A stretch of DNA of 64,000 nucleotides from a virus (lineage: Duplodnaviria; Caudoviricetes). This document shows positions 10,289-21,301 of this stretch, piece after piece. The translations under genes were made by a program, and so were the position numbers. Below the pieces are notes generated by a model. That model was not told the DNA's origin and ran no database searches. It worked only from the letters and a program-made list of their open reading frames with translations. Where the stretch lies: the IMG/VR virus record IMGVR_UViG_3300037851_000103, positions 20,104 through 84,103 of that record; one strand, given 5' to 3'. Position 1 is the first letter of the stretch, and each line of letters opens with the position of its first letter.

Positions 10289-10672
10289 ATGGCAGAATTA
10301 GAATTTTTCAATGATCTTCCATTAGATATTACAGTATCATCGCAAGGTGATATATCTAAAGTTATTAATGCAGATTCTATTAAACAAAGTTTAAGAATGC
10401 TTATTGATACAGCTAAGGGCACAAGAATATTTTTGCCTTATTATGGTTGCCGTATAAAAGCATTTTTATTTGAACCATTTGACGAAACGACTGCTAAAAG
10501 AATAGGCGAAGAATTACAACATACTATTAAAAATTACGAACGTCGAATAACATTATTAAATGTTAATGTTCAAATGAATTTTGATACAACGAGTTATGAA
10601 ATTAATGTTATTTATAAAATATCCTCTACGAATAAGATTGATTCATTAAATGTTTCTCTTGAGAGGTTATAA
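10289..10672 (+). CDS. gp25: Baseplate wedge subunit gp25
   Basis: GDISKVINADSIKQSLRMLIDTAKGTRIFLPYYGCRIKAFLFEPFD...IKNYERRI is the GPW/gp25 family pattern. Confidence 0.9.
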   Translation: MAELEFFNDLPLDITVSSQGDISKVINADSIKQSLRMLIDTAKGTRIFLPYYGCRIKAFLFEPFDETTAKRIGEELQHTIKNYERRITLLNVNVQMNFDTTSYEINVIYKISSTNKIDSLNVSLERL

Positions 10673-10674
10673 AA

Positions 10675-13600
10675 ATGATTAATAAAGATATTATTAATTA
10701 TGCAGCAACAGATTTTGATGCGATAAAATCTGAATTAATAAATTTTATTAGAGAAACGAAAACATTTAAAGATGTTGATGTTGAAGCATCTAACATCAAT
10801 ACCCTAATTGGTTTATATGCATGGTTGGGTGCTAATTTTGGTTATTATATAAATGCTGTAGCCAATGAACCATTTTTATCAACCGCCAAACGCTATAAAA
10901 ATTTAAATAGAATTGCTAAATTACTAAATTATAATCCCAGAGGTTACATTTCATCAACGGTTGATGTTATTGGGTCATTAACACCTGAATATTGTTATGG
11001 GAAAAAAGATGTTTATATAGAAATCCCTGCATATTCAATTTTCCCATCAACAAAACCTACTCCAAGTGGCAATAATTTTACATTCACCAATCCCACTAGT
11101 TATGTGTATATGGTTCAAGGATTTGGAATTAGGACCGTTCAACAAGATGATTTTACTTATAATGGATTTAAACTTCCTTATACTGCTCCAAGTTCATTCT
11201 GGACAGTAGATAATGAAATAACTTTTGATTATTCAAAAATAATGTTAAATCTTTCTGAAACTTTGCCATTATCAGTATTAGATAGATTAGATCCTTCAAA
11301 ATTGAAATCATTTGATACTGAAAATGTTCCTTTATTTAATCCGTCAAATCCTACTTCTATAGGACAACCATTTACAAGAAATATTGAAATGAAATTATCA
11401 ACATTAAGATTTAGACCAAATATTACTTATCACATATTATTTTATTATGATACTGAGCAATCAAAACCATATTTAGAAATTTTACAAGATGGTGATTTAA
11501 CTGAAGATAAATTAGATACTATTATTTCCTCAATACGATTAGTGGCAGATAATGATAATAATACATATTATACTTTAAAAGAAGTTCAAAATAATGCAAC
11601 CGGCAAATTTTATTTGGGTGTATTAGGAATGAATAATTTAGATAGTATTAATTTTGCATTTGATAAATTGGAATCAACTGATTACGGGATTAAACAAATA
11701 CACATAGATATTAATAAAGATGGGACAAAATTGCCATTTCAAGTATTAATAAATGGACAAATCTACCAATTTAAATCGGGTCGTTTAAGTTCCCAAATAT
11801 TTGATTTGAATTCATGGGATATAAATATTCCTTATTATAATGTTAATTTAACTATCAATAGTCCTGAAGATGCTGATTATAATTATGATGCAAAATTAAA
11901 TGTTACTTCCAAAGAAGTATTATATAATGAAGTTACTATTGCTAGAATTTATCCATCATATACTGATCCTGAAACTGGTATTGAAACATTAAAACGAAAT
12001 ATTGGACAACGATTTGGTAATTTTCAAGCTATTCCAGTAACTACAATTCAATCGTCAGAACAAAAATCTGGATTTGTAAAATTTGAAGATGGTATAAATA
12101 AAATATTTATTGATTTTGATCAATCATTTACAGCCCCAACTAGCGGGACTTCAGAATATATAGTTTCATTAACTCCTGATGAAAATGTTCAAGTTTGGTA
12201 TTCTGATAAAAATGAAGATGGGTTTTCTATTAATATTGAATCAAATACTGGTTTTGATGGAAAAGTCAATTGGATTGCCACAAAAATAAATGATGAAGAA
12301 ACTAGAGAAATAGAAATTACATTTAATGAATCAATACCACAAATTGATGGTGAAGATGCAGATTATACCATATTTTTAACACCCTCTGATAATATTAGAT
12401 GTTGGTATGAAAATAAAACATCTGATGGTTTCAAAATAAAAACCGAGAAAGCATTTACGGGAACTATTTCATATTCTACTTTCGTCTTCTCTGATAATCA
12501 GGAAGTAGTTGATGAAGAAAATTCAGCAACCCAAAGAAAAGGTACTGTATCATTTTTTGGAAATATTGTTACAAAAGATATAACATTTGATGGGGAATTT
12601 CCCAATAATGAATACGGGTTGCATATGATACCAAATAAAAATGTTAATGTTTGGTACACCAATAAAACTACAACCGGATTTACTATTAATATTGAAGAAA
12701 CTGACGAAACCGTAAGTGTGGATTGGTATGCAGATTATTCATCAGTCTATAAATTCCAAAAACATGGAATGGTTAATTTTTCTGGACAATTAACAAGTGC
12801 TGGTACTCTACCTGGATTAAAATTTGAAAATATTCCAGAAACATTTATTGTCGAGAATTTAAAACAAGGAAATGTTTCATTTTCATACATTAATTCAAAC
12901 GGTATAATAGTAAATGCTAATAATAATTTGAGAATACAATTTTCTGCTGATAGAAAATCCATTAATGAAATAAAATTTCAAATTCAAGAAGAAACTGTCT
13001 CTTATAAAGATATCAGAATTTTTATAAAAAATTCAAGTGGAAATTGGGAAGAATGGCTAAATGCTTCTGATATTTCACTTGGCGTTAATATTGATATTGA
13101 TGAAAAAGTATTTTTTGTGCGTGTCGAAGATACTAAATTGACCGAAGTTAGTTTCGGTGATGGCATAACATATGGAAGTGACCCATATGGAAAAGAAATA
13201 ATAATTTTTGGTTTAAAAACTGTTGGGCAAGATGGTAATATTCCACCAAATACTTTAGAAAAAAGTTTTATTTTATCAAGACAAATTTTAGGCGATGATA
13301 CTATTTCTATTCCATTTGAAGAACAATTTATCCAATTAATTGGACTGAAGACTGATACATATTTCAATGATGCAAACAATTCATTGCCAACTGTTGTTTA
13401 TGATAGCGAAGGCACCCAAATAACAGAGGATATTTTTCAAGTTAAACAACCCAATTCTGCTATCGGTGGGTCATTTCCTGAAAATACCGAAGAATTAAGA
13501 TATAATGCATTATCTTCCAATTTAAGACAAGATAGAATTGTATCAATAGAAGATTATGCATCATTTATGGTATCTGCTTTCAATGATATAATATTAAGAG

Positions 13601-14280
13601 CCATCGCTTTATCATATAAAGATATTAAAGATTCACAATTAATTGATAATTTTGATAATATGGACTATTTTTTCAATACTATTTTTTTAATAGTATTACC
13701 AAAATATGGAAATACTATTACAAAAAAACAAAGAGATATGTTTATTGATGCATTAAATAAGCAATATAAAGCAATGGCTACCGTTAATCATGAAGTTATA
13801 TCAGCTAAATTAATACCTATTGATATTAGAATACGATTCAAACCCGTTAAACCGGGATTGTCATTATCAATACAAACTTCTATACAAAAAGTAATAAGAG
13901 ATTATTTTGATAGAAATAATCATGAAATGGGTGAAACATTACATCATTCAGATTTAATGAATCAAATTCAAACAAACATTTCAGGAATTGATTATATTGA
14001 AATGGCTTGGAATAAAGATGCACAAGATCAATTAAAATCTGGCGATTATGATATTGATGCTGTTACATCTGCAACAGAAACGGTTGCAGAAGTTAAACGG
14101 AAAAAAATATTAGAATTATTAGCTAAAGACGCTTCTTTAATTAATATTGTTGAACCATTACTTGATGTTAAAAATTCTACCACCAATAAAAGAGAATGGT
14201 TATTTAGTCAAAATATTATAATGGATAAATACGAATTTCCAATAGAAGGAGATATAATTATAGAATTAGATAATAATTAA
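10675..14280 (+). CDS. gp6: Baseplate wedge subunit gp6-like with three inserted beta-sandwich modules
   Basis: N-terminal YAATDFDAIKSELINF...SNINTLI...YYINAVANEPFLSTAK; C-terminal VSFGDGITYG, AIGGSFPENTEELR and QDRIVSIEDY. Confidence 0.9.
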   Translation: MINKDIINYAATDFDAIKSELINFIRETKTFKDVDVEASNINTLIGLYAWLGANFGYYINAVANEPFLSTAKRYKNLNRIAKLLNYNPRGYISSTVDVIGSLTPEYCYGKKDVYIEIPAYSIFPSTKPTPSGNNFTFTNPTSYVYMVQGFGIRTVQQDDFTYNGFKLPYTAPSSFWTVDNEITFDYSKIMLNLSETLPLSVLDRLDPSKLKSFDTENVPLFNPSNPTSIGQPFTRNIEMKLSTLRFRPNITYHILFYYDTEQSKPYLEILQDGDLTEDKLDTIISSIRLVADNDNNTYYTLKEVQNNATGKFYLGVLGMNNLDSINFAFDKLESTDYGIKQIHIDINKDGTKLPFQVLINGQIYQFKSGRLSSQIFDLNSWDINIPYYNVNLTINSPEDADYNYDAKLNVTSKEVLYNEVTIARIYPSYTDPETGIETLKRNIGQRFGNFQAIPVTTIQSSEQKSGFVKFEDGINKIFIDFDQSFTAPTSGTSEYIVSLTPDENVQVWYSDKNEDGFSINIESNTGFDGKVNWIATKINDEETREIEITFNESIPQIDGEDADYTIFLTPSDNIRCWYENKTSDGFKIKTEKAFTGTISYSTFVFSDNQEVVDEENSATQRKGTVSFFGNIVTKDITFDGEFPNNEYGLHMIPNKNVNVWYTNKTTTGFTINIEETDETVSVDWYADYSSVYKFQKHGMVNFSGQLTSAGTLPGLKFENIPETFIVENLKQGNVSFSYINSNGIIVNANNNLRIQFSADRKSINEIKFQIQEETVSYKDIRIFIKNSSGNWEEWLNASDISLGVNIDIDEKVFFVRVEDTKLTEVSFGDGITYGSDPYGKEIIIFGLKTVGQDGNIPPNTLEKSFILSRQILGDDTISIPFEEQFIQLIGLKTDTYFNDANNSLPTVVYDSEGTQITEDIFQVKQPNSAIGGSFPENTEELRYNALSSNLRQDRIVSIEDYASFMVSAFNDIILRAIALSYKDIKDSQLIDNFDNMDYFFNTIFLIVLPKYGNTITKKQRDMFIDALNKQYKAMATVNHEVISAKLIPIDIRIRFKPVKPGLSLSIQTSIQKVIRDYFDRNNHEMGETLHHSDLMNQIQTNISGIDYIEMAWNKDAQDQLKSGDYDIDAVTSATETVAEVKRKKILELLAKDASLINIVEPLLDVKNSTTNKREWLFSQNIIMDKYEFPIEGDIIIELDNN

Positions 14281-14296
14281 AAATATCTATAAAACT

Positions 14297-14304
14297 TATA
14301 AATA
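14297..14304 (+). promoter_or_regulatory. T4-type late promoter box TATAAATA
   Basis: Exact box in the 43-nt gap before ORF 14324, followed by an AAGGA SD; overlaps the 8-bp inverted repeat 14283-14309. Confidence 0.55.
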
Positions 14305-14323
14305 GATATACAAGGAACTAATA

Positions 14324-17300
14324 ATGGCGAATTATTTTAGTGCCAATTTTAATTATGACCCTTCTATAATTTTTGCCCCTCAAAATGTTAATTTTGAAGA
14401 TGCTTCAACTGTTGGGTATATTAAAAATGATTCATTGACTGTATTAGTAGATGAATCTGACAATACTTTAACTGATTTAACTATTGATTATGATACAACG
14501 TATGCAAATAAAATAGAAAAATATGAATGGATTTTTGGAGACGGGACCGTTTCTAATGATCAAAATCCTAAAAAATATTTCCAATTTTCCGGTGAATATC
14601 AAGTAACGTTAAATATTTATTCAGAAAAAATATTTGATATTAACACAGCAAGATTCTATAGAATAAAAAATTCAAAACCTATTATCTTAGTTATTAACTT
14701 AATGACTGTATCATGGTTAAAGAGTCACATGACTCCACCGCATATCAATGCCTTAGAAACCAATAATGGGTTTAAAGACCTTATATTATCAACATCTAAA
14801 ATGTTTGATAATATGTATAAACAAATTACTGATATTTCAAATCTTTATGATATTGAAAATACTCCTTCCCAATTTTTAAAATATTTTAGTGAAACTTTAA
14901 ATCATAAAGAATTTTATTCTAAAAAAATTGGTTATAATTGCCAAAATGCAACGGAAAATTATGAATCATTTTTAAATTATGATATTTTCAAAAAGATTGA
15001 AAATAATATTGCTACAGAAGATGAACTTAAAAAATTTAGAACTTTTTTAATTGATACGATTGATTTATTTAAAGAAAAAGGTTCAAAACAATCTATTGAA
15101 GATTTTTTTAAATTATATGATTTTATTATAACTGTAAAAGATTTATGGACTAAAAATTTTGAACAAACCCCTATTGCTCCGATAGAAGATTATTTTATAT
15201 TAGATCCAACTTTAGAAAATACGAATAATAAATTTAAGTTTAAAGGTATTACTGTCTTAGGTTGGAATAATAATCTTGCTCAATTTAATAATAATTTTAA
15301 TGCATTAATGATAGATAATTATCATTATATTACTAAACATTCATATCCTGCTGATGTTAATGATGATTTATCTACCAATTGTTTAAAAACATTTGAAATA
15401 AATAATTACCCTCCGTATATTTACGATGTTCAAAGAGACGATGGAAGATCATTAATTTCAGATACTAAAAAATCTTGTGAAGGATTGGAAATTAATTGTA
15501 CAACCCCATTAGAGATATCTTGTCGAATTGATGGTTTTGCTATTAATAAAAATTCTAATTATTATGAATCCAATTCATATAATGGTTCTTTATGTAAAAT
15601 ATGGTTAGCCCCTCAAAATTATGTTAGCAATTTATTAAATACTATTGGAAACATTCCAAAGAATGATGAAGAACGAAATGAAATTATAAGTGATACGTCA
15701 GACGATTATTTGTGGGCAGATTGGAAATCTGGAGCAACAGTTCCCCCCGAAATGGTTGGGGTGTCATCTAATGCTATTAGAGTTCCAAAATTTAATGATA
15801 TTTTGCCAGCCTTAAATTATAATTCAACCCCATCAAATACCAACTTATTACATATTGATACCATTAATTTTTCAACCTCGACTGATTTATTTATGGTTAT
15901 GAGAGGTTTTATTAAAATAGATACTCAAGGATATTATAATTTTATTTTAGATATTGGGAATACAAATTCTACTCTTTCTACTCAGCATGTTGGATTATTT
16001 AGTTTATCTAATACTAAATACTCTACTTTGGAAGACATTGAAAATTTAAATACCGTTGATAATTTAGTATTTAATCGTATTGATGGAGATACCTCTGAAG
16101 ATGTTCAAGATGGAGAAAATACCGTTTCATTAACTATTAAAAATTCAGAATATGGTATTATTGAAATAAGACAAACTGATACAGTTAAAAATAGTGAATG
16201 GAAATATCTATATCCTGGTTATTATCCATTTGAATTAAAAACAACTTATAGTTCGTCAAATATTAAAAAATTAAAGTTATCATGGGAAATGTGGAGAGAA
16301 GAATATAATTCTCTTACAACAAAATATCATTTTGTCAATAAAATTATAACTCAACCGATTCCTTCAAACAATTTATGGACCATTAAATCAATTGAAGATT
16401 CTATTGAAAACACTCAAGGGAAGGGATTAATCACTATCCCTTCAGAAGTTTTAGAAATTGGCGAATCATTTAATATATCTTATGTTCAACCAACAACAAC
16501 AATAAATTATTCGGGAATTTTAGCAACCCAAAATAAGTATAAAGACGTTGAATTTAATATTAGAGTTTCTGTTAATAATCCAAAAATAGCTAATGAAATA
16601 TATTCAGATCTTCCTCATAATTCTTTCCAAGTATTATTTAGAGGGGTTAATTTAGGAAAAGATTTATATGCTGATATTGATTCTTATTATGCGCTAATAT
16701 ATAATGGTTTAACCAGTGAATTTAGTTTGGCGTATGTATCGTTTGATAAATCTGCTAATATAGAATTTTATCAATATTTAAATCTCAATGCAGATAATAC
16801 AAATTTGGACGAAATTGTTTTAACTAAACCATTATTAGATCAATATAATAATACATTATTATTAGAACCAAATAATATTTATGATATTAAGTTAAGCGTT
16901 TCAAATAATTTAGTTTCTTGTTATTTTAGATTAAATTCAAATTATACGATGATTATGAATAATGTATCAAATTCAAATACTACTACATTGGGGCAATTTG
17001 AAGATACAAACCCATATACAACAATTTTTGAAAATATTACATTATTACAAAATACTGAACAAACGCAAATATTTGATAATTTAGGAAAAGAATTAGATAT
17101 TTATAATAAATATGTCCCCATTACAGATGCCGGGTATTATGGGTTTGCAACACAAAAATCTCTCATAAATATTCACAAATTTAAAATTGATATATTAGAT
17201 AAAATTGATGAAAATCTTTCCGAAAATGAAGATAAATGGCAAACAATTAAACCAAAATATCTTGATTCTAGAAATAATAAATTATTAAAATTTAATTCTT

Positions 17301-20300
17301 ATGAAAATAATTCAATTAATACGCAACAAAATACTGTATTTGTATATCAAGTAACAGATTCATATAATAACAATGATTCTGTTTTATTATCCTCTGATTT
17401 GCAACAAGTAACAGAAAATTCTATAAATAAAGTGTTTGCTAATGATATTTCCGCAAATAATTATGGAACTCGTTTTAATGTTTTACTGAATTATGATTTT
17501 ATAACAAATAATTTTAAATCAACTGAAGAAATTCTAGATCAATTAATTATTCCATTTGGAAAATTTTATAATCCTTTCATAAATTGGAATGCAATAAAAA
17601 CAGACTATTCATCTGCTGCTCACGGTGGATATTATCCAATTCTTACTGAGACTACTGCTGTTTATCCTCATACGGTAGCTATAAGCGGAAGTAATATTGA
17701 ATATGTTTCCACATTAACAAGATCATCTGATAGAAAATCTCTAACCTTAAATACTAAATTAAATACTATTTTAAATATATATTCAAATAGCCAATTTAAT
17801 GGAGTTTGGGAAGAAATTTGCCCAAATTCTGTTTCTGAAAAATGGGATATTTATGGGATTGGTGAAATAGACAATGAAGTTCTTGCTCCTATTTATCGAA
17901 ATAAAAATAATGCAAATACTGATGATGCAGAAATTATAGGCGCACGTTTAATTAATAATGAAATTGTTAAACAATTGATATGTAGGTATTGTGAAAATGC
18001 TATAATATGGGCTTTAGTTGATATACAATTACCCAATAATGCTATTAAAAATAATCCAACATATTTTAATACCGTTTCAAATGAAACTATAAGATATTTT
18101 GTTCCTATTGGAAAATTATCATATGAAAATCTTATTTATTTATTGCCTATTGAAATTTTAAAAAATAATTTAGGAAAAATAAATATAGTTGGACTTTATG
18201 CCAATCATAGTTATGAAGGATTTACCTTTGTTGATAATGATGATAATATTCAAATAAATATTGATGTATTCAATTATTGGGAAACTAAATATAATAATAA
18301 AATAACTTGTAAATATTATTTAGATGTTACTACAAGTTTTATAGGAAAATTTGCTGCAAATAATATAATACCAATACAAAATCATACCCCGCAAAGTTGT
18401 GAACCTGGAACATATTTAGAACCAATTGAAACTACACAATGCAATATATTGCCAAACGCATTTTATATGCCAGATGCTATATCAGAAATACTTAAAGAAA
18501 TTGAATCTACTTATACAGATAGATCATCTTCAGAACAATATATAAAATTTGAACAAGATTATAACTGGTGGAATCCTAATGGAGTATGGATTAAACAATA
18601 TGTAGAATCTAAATATGATTCTACAAAAATAATTTCTGGATTAAATCAAAATAATAACGATGGTATAACTTTATCCTTATTAAATAATCAAAAATTATTA
18701 TCTGCAAATTATTTAGTAAATATTGATTGGTGTGTTACTAACGTTGGATGGGATTATGATTATGCTATTGGTTCCAGAAATGACTATAATGTCGGTTCAT
18801 TTTCACCATCATCAACCTATGAATTGATTGGGTTTGAATTATCTGATACACGGTTTTTAGTAAATAAAGAACAATTAATTTCTATTAACAATAATATTAA
18901 TGCGACTATTCCATTATCTACTGTTTCAACGAGTGGACAATCATTGATACAATTTGGAAAATATGTAAATGAAGAATCCAATGATTCGCAATATACTTTA
19001 AATTTATACGGATTGTTTAATTGGTATAATAGTCATGCTAATAATGATTATTTAACAATTGAAGACAACAGAGTTGGTTGGCATCTTGATGATTGGAATG
19101 ATCAAGGAAAACAATGTATCAAAATTAATAATATTTATGCCCCAATTCCCATTTCAAATTATCAAATAAATAAATATTGGTCATATTATCAAACATCTAT
19201 ACCTCCTTTCTCTGCAATTACTAAAATATCATTTAATAATTATATTAATTCTATATCTTGTAATGATAATGAAATAATTAATTATAATTCCATTATAACT
19301 TTAGGTAGTTCAGATGAAAATATTAGTTTCTATTCTGTTCCTCCAATTGTTCAGTATTATCCAAAATGGAAAAAACTCATTGATTATGTATTATTAGATA
19401 ATTATATTATTCCAACTGATTATTTCTATATTTCAAATATAGATACTGATTATTATATAAAATTTAATAATCAACAATTTAATTTTGAAATTTTTAATAA
19501 TTCAAAAATTTATATTGAATTTTATAATGATGTTATTTTTAATAATTTAGAAAAACAATTATTTGTGGATAATTTTGATAATTCTCGTCAAATAAATTGG
19601 GTGCATTTTAATGCTAATACAGATAATCATTTTGAAATAATTAATAGAGAACCAGAATTATCATTACAATTAACTTCAACTGTTGCTCCATATTCAATTA
19701 TAAATTATAAAAATGCAAAAGCATTTAAATTAGAAAATAAGAGTGAAGAAATAAATAATGATAAATATTCTGGAACCAATAATAATGATAAAATTGTTGG
19801 AGTTGATAATAATGATGGTTATAACAATATTATATCATTATCAACTATAGAATCTAATAATTATGAATATTATTGTGATATTATATTTGATAAAGAGTTA
19901 ATAGATAATGGTTATGAGAAAAAATTTGAAATTATTTTAAAAGCAGAAAATAATTATAATTATGATTCCAAAAAATATGAATTAACAGATTTTTATTTTG
20001 TTGGTATTGGTTCATTTGATTTTGATATTGGATTTGGGATGAGAAGTGTTCAAAATAATGAAATAAAAGAAACATATTTAGCATCTTGGGGGGAATATAA
20101 TACCAAAGGTGTTAAAGTTGATACATGGTATACTTTAAAAGTCAAAATTACTCCCAATGAAATAAAAGTATTTTTTAATGAAAAATTTGAAAATCCACGA
20201 TTAATTTTAAATTATAACACTAATAAAAAGTTTGAAAAATTAACAGATAGATATCTTAAAGGACAATATGAAACCCTTCAAGCTATTTTGATTGGGTTAG

Positions 20301-21301
20301 AAGAATTACAAATTACTTATCCAACCACATTAGGAAATAAATTAAGTCAACAATATACATTTGATAATTTTAAAGAAGAATTTGCTTCAACATTACCTAT
20401 AAACGGCAATTATGTTGGATTTAGAACATATAATCCAAATACTTATATTTCAAACGTTAACTATCTAATATTTAAACCAAAAGTGTATAAATTTGCAACA
20501 ACCACTGATAATATTTCATTAAATCAATTATTAGTAGAGATAAAAAACAATTTTACCTTATCTAATGATCCAAGCATTAAAAAATATGATGTATCAACTG
20601 ATTTCGTAGAATATATTCAAATTGATGATACCCTTTATTATAGAATTGAAGATAATCCGCCTCAAAAATATATTAATGATATTGAAACTTTTAAAATTAT
20701 AGAAGATAAAGTTTTGATAACTGAAAAAATCAATCCTACTGATGGAGGACTTGGCGTTAATTTGTGGACGAATGGTGAACATACTATAATATGGTCATTA
20801 GAAAAAGGAACGGATCCGTATAATATTGTTAGAATGTCTGATTTTTTTGATATTATAGATGGTTTAATAAAAGTTGAATTAGTAAGAGGTAATTCAACAT
20901 ATACTTGTGAAAGAGATATTGATGATAATCTAGTAGGTTATTTTATCCCAATTAAGGTTGGCGATCAAATAACATTTACCATTGATTTTAGTGATTTGTC
21001 ATTAATGTATTTGACTATAGATGACTTGATGAATAAATTGACATTATATGAATTAAATAAATTGCCAATTGATCCATTAAATCCTTATACAACATTTTCA
21101 TTAGACGGAAGTGTTGTTAGATATAATAAGAAAATTAGATGCTTTACCACAAGAATGAATACTGAAATTGGAATATTCATAAAAGATAAAACCTTTTATT
21201 ATGATAATGTTTCTAATTTTGAAGAATATACTGATAAAAAAATCCGTGAAATTTATATAAATGATAATAAGCTCAATGTAATTTTTGAGGATATTACATG
21301 A
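14324..21301 (+). CDS. Large baseplate wedge protein, gp7/P2 gpI-like, with PKD, PA14-like and ConA/LamG-like domains (2325 aa)
   Basis: PKD motif YEWIFGDGTVSNDQNPKKYF..GEYQVTL; gp7-like DLFKEKGSKQSIEDFFKL; PA14-like MRGFIKIDTQGYYNF...YPGYYPFEL...LKLSWE; ConA-like TWYTLKVKI..NEIKVFFN...GNYVGF. Follows gp6. Confidence 0.6.
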   Translation: MANYFSANFNYDPSIIFAPQNVNFEDASTVGYIKNDSLTVLVDESDNTLTDLTIDYDTTYANKIEKYEWIFGDGTVSNDQNPKKYFQFSGEYQVTLNIYSEKIFDINTARFYRIKNSKPIILVINLMTVSWLKSHMTPPHINALETNNGFKDLILSTSKMFDNMYKQITDISNLYDIENTPSQFLKYFSETLNHKEFYSKKIGYNCQNATENYESFLNYDIFKKIENNIATEDELKKFRTFLIDTIDLFKEKGSKQSIEDFFKLYDFIITVKDLWTKNFEQTPIAPIEDYFILDPTLENTNNKFKFKGITVLGWNNNLAQFNNNFNALMIDNYHYITKHSYPADVNDDLSTNCLKTFEINNYPPYIYDVQRDDGRSLISDTKKSCEGLEINCTTPLEISCRIDGFAINKNSNYYESNSYNGSLCKIWLAPQNYVSNLLNTIGNIPKNDEERNEIISDTSDDYLWADWKSGATVPPEMVGVSSNAIRVPKFNDILPALNYNSTPSNTNLLHIDTINFSTSTDLFMVMRGFIKIDTQGYYNFILDIGNTNSTLSTQHVGLFSLSNTKYSTLEDIENLNTVDNLVFNRIDGDTSEDVQDGENTVSLTIKNSEYGIIEIRQTDTVKNSEWKYLYPGYYPFELKTTYSSSNIKKLKLSWEMWREEYNSLTTKYHFVNKIITQPIPSNNLWTIKSIEDSIENTQGKGLITIPSEVLEIGESFNISYVQPTTTINYSGILATQNKYKDVEFNIRVSVNNPKIANEIYSDLPHNSFQVLFRGVNLGKDLYADIDSYYALIYNGLTSEFSLAYVSFDKSANIEFYQYLNLNADNTNLDEIVLTKPLLDQYNNTLLLEPNNIYDIKLSVSNNLVSCYFRLNSNYTMIMNNVSNSNTTTLGQFEDTNPYTTIFENITLLQNTEQTQIFDNLGKELDIYNKYVPITDAGYYGFATQKSLINIHKFKIDILDKIDENLSENEDKWQTIKPKYLDSRNNKLLKFNSYENNSINTQQNTVFVYQVTDSYNNNDSVLLSSDLQQVTENSINKVFANDISANNYGTRFNVLLNYDFITNNFKSTEEILDQLIIPFGKFYNPFINWNAIKTDYSSAAHGGYYPILTETTAVYPHTVAISGSNIEYVSTLTRSSDRKSLTLNTKLNTILNIYSNSQFNGVWEEICPNSVSEKWDIYGIGEIDNEVLAPIYRNKNNANTDDAEIIGARLINNEIVKQLICRYCENAIIWALVDIQLPNNAIKNNPTYFNTVSNETIRYFVPIGKLSYENLIYLLPIEILKNNLGKINIVGLYANHSYEGFTFVDNDDNIQINIDVFNYWETKYNNKITCKYYLDVTTSFIGKFAANNIIPIQNHTPQSCEPGTYLEPIETTQCNILPNAFYMPDAISEILKEIESTYTDRSSSEQYIKFEQDYNWWNPNGVWIKQYVESKYDSTKIISGLNQNNNDGITLSLLNNQKLLSANYLVNIDWCVTNVGWDYDYAIGSRNDYNVGSFSPSSTYELIGFELSDTRFLVNKEQLISINNNINATIPLSTVSTSGQSLIQFGKYVNEESNDSQYTLNLYGLFNWYNSHANNDYLTIEDNRVGWHLDDWNDQGKQCIKINNIYAPIPISNYQINKYWSYYQTSIPPFSAITKISFNNYINSISCNDNEIINYNSIITLGSSDENISFYSVPPIVQYYPKWKKLIDYVLLDNYIIPTDYFYISNIDTDYYIKFNNQQFNFEIFNNSKIYIEFYNDVIFNNLEKQLFVDNFDNSRQINWVHFNANTDNHFEIINREPELSLQLTSTVAPYSIINYKNAKAFKLENKSEEINNDKYSGTNNNDKIVGVDNNDGYNNIISLSTIESNNYEYYCDIIFDKELIDNGYEKKFEIILKAENNYNYDSKKYELTDFYFVGIGSFDFDIGFGMRSVQNNEIKETYLASWGEYNTKGVKVDTWYTLKVKITPNEIKVFFNEKFENPRLILNYNTNKKFEKLTDRYLKGQYETLQAILIGLEELQITYPTTLGNKLSQQYTFDNFKEEFASTLPINGNYVGFRTYNPNTYISNVNYLIFKPKVYKFATTTDNISLNQLLVEIKNNFTLSNDPSIKKYDVSTDFVEYIQIDDTLYYRIEDNPPQKYINDIETFKIIEDKVLITEKINPTDGGLGVNLWTNGEHTIIWSLEKGTDPYNIVRMSDFFDIIDGLIKVELVRGNSTYTCERDIDDNLVGYFIPIKVGDQITFTIDFSDLSLMYLTIDDLMNKLTLYELNKLPIDPLNPYTTFSLDGSVVRYNKKIRCFTTRMNTEIGIFIKDKTFYYDNVSNFEEYTDKKIREIYINDNKLNVIFEDIT

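Noticed and set aside
1768-14280. Bacterial contractile injection system (eCIS/T6SS/tailocin) instead of a phage
   Set aside because: T4-type gp53/gp3/gp6 organisation, late boxes, dNMP kinase, ligase and many phage-type small genes indicate a phage genome.
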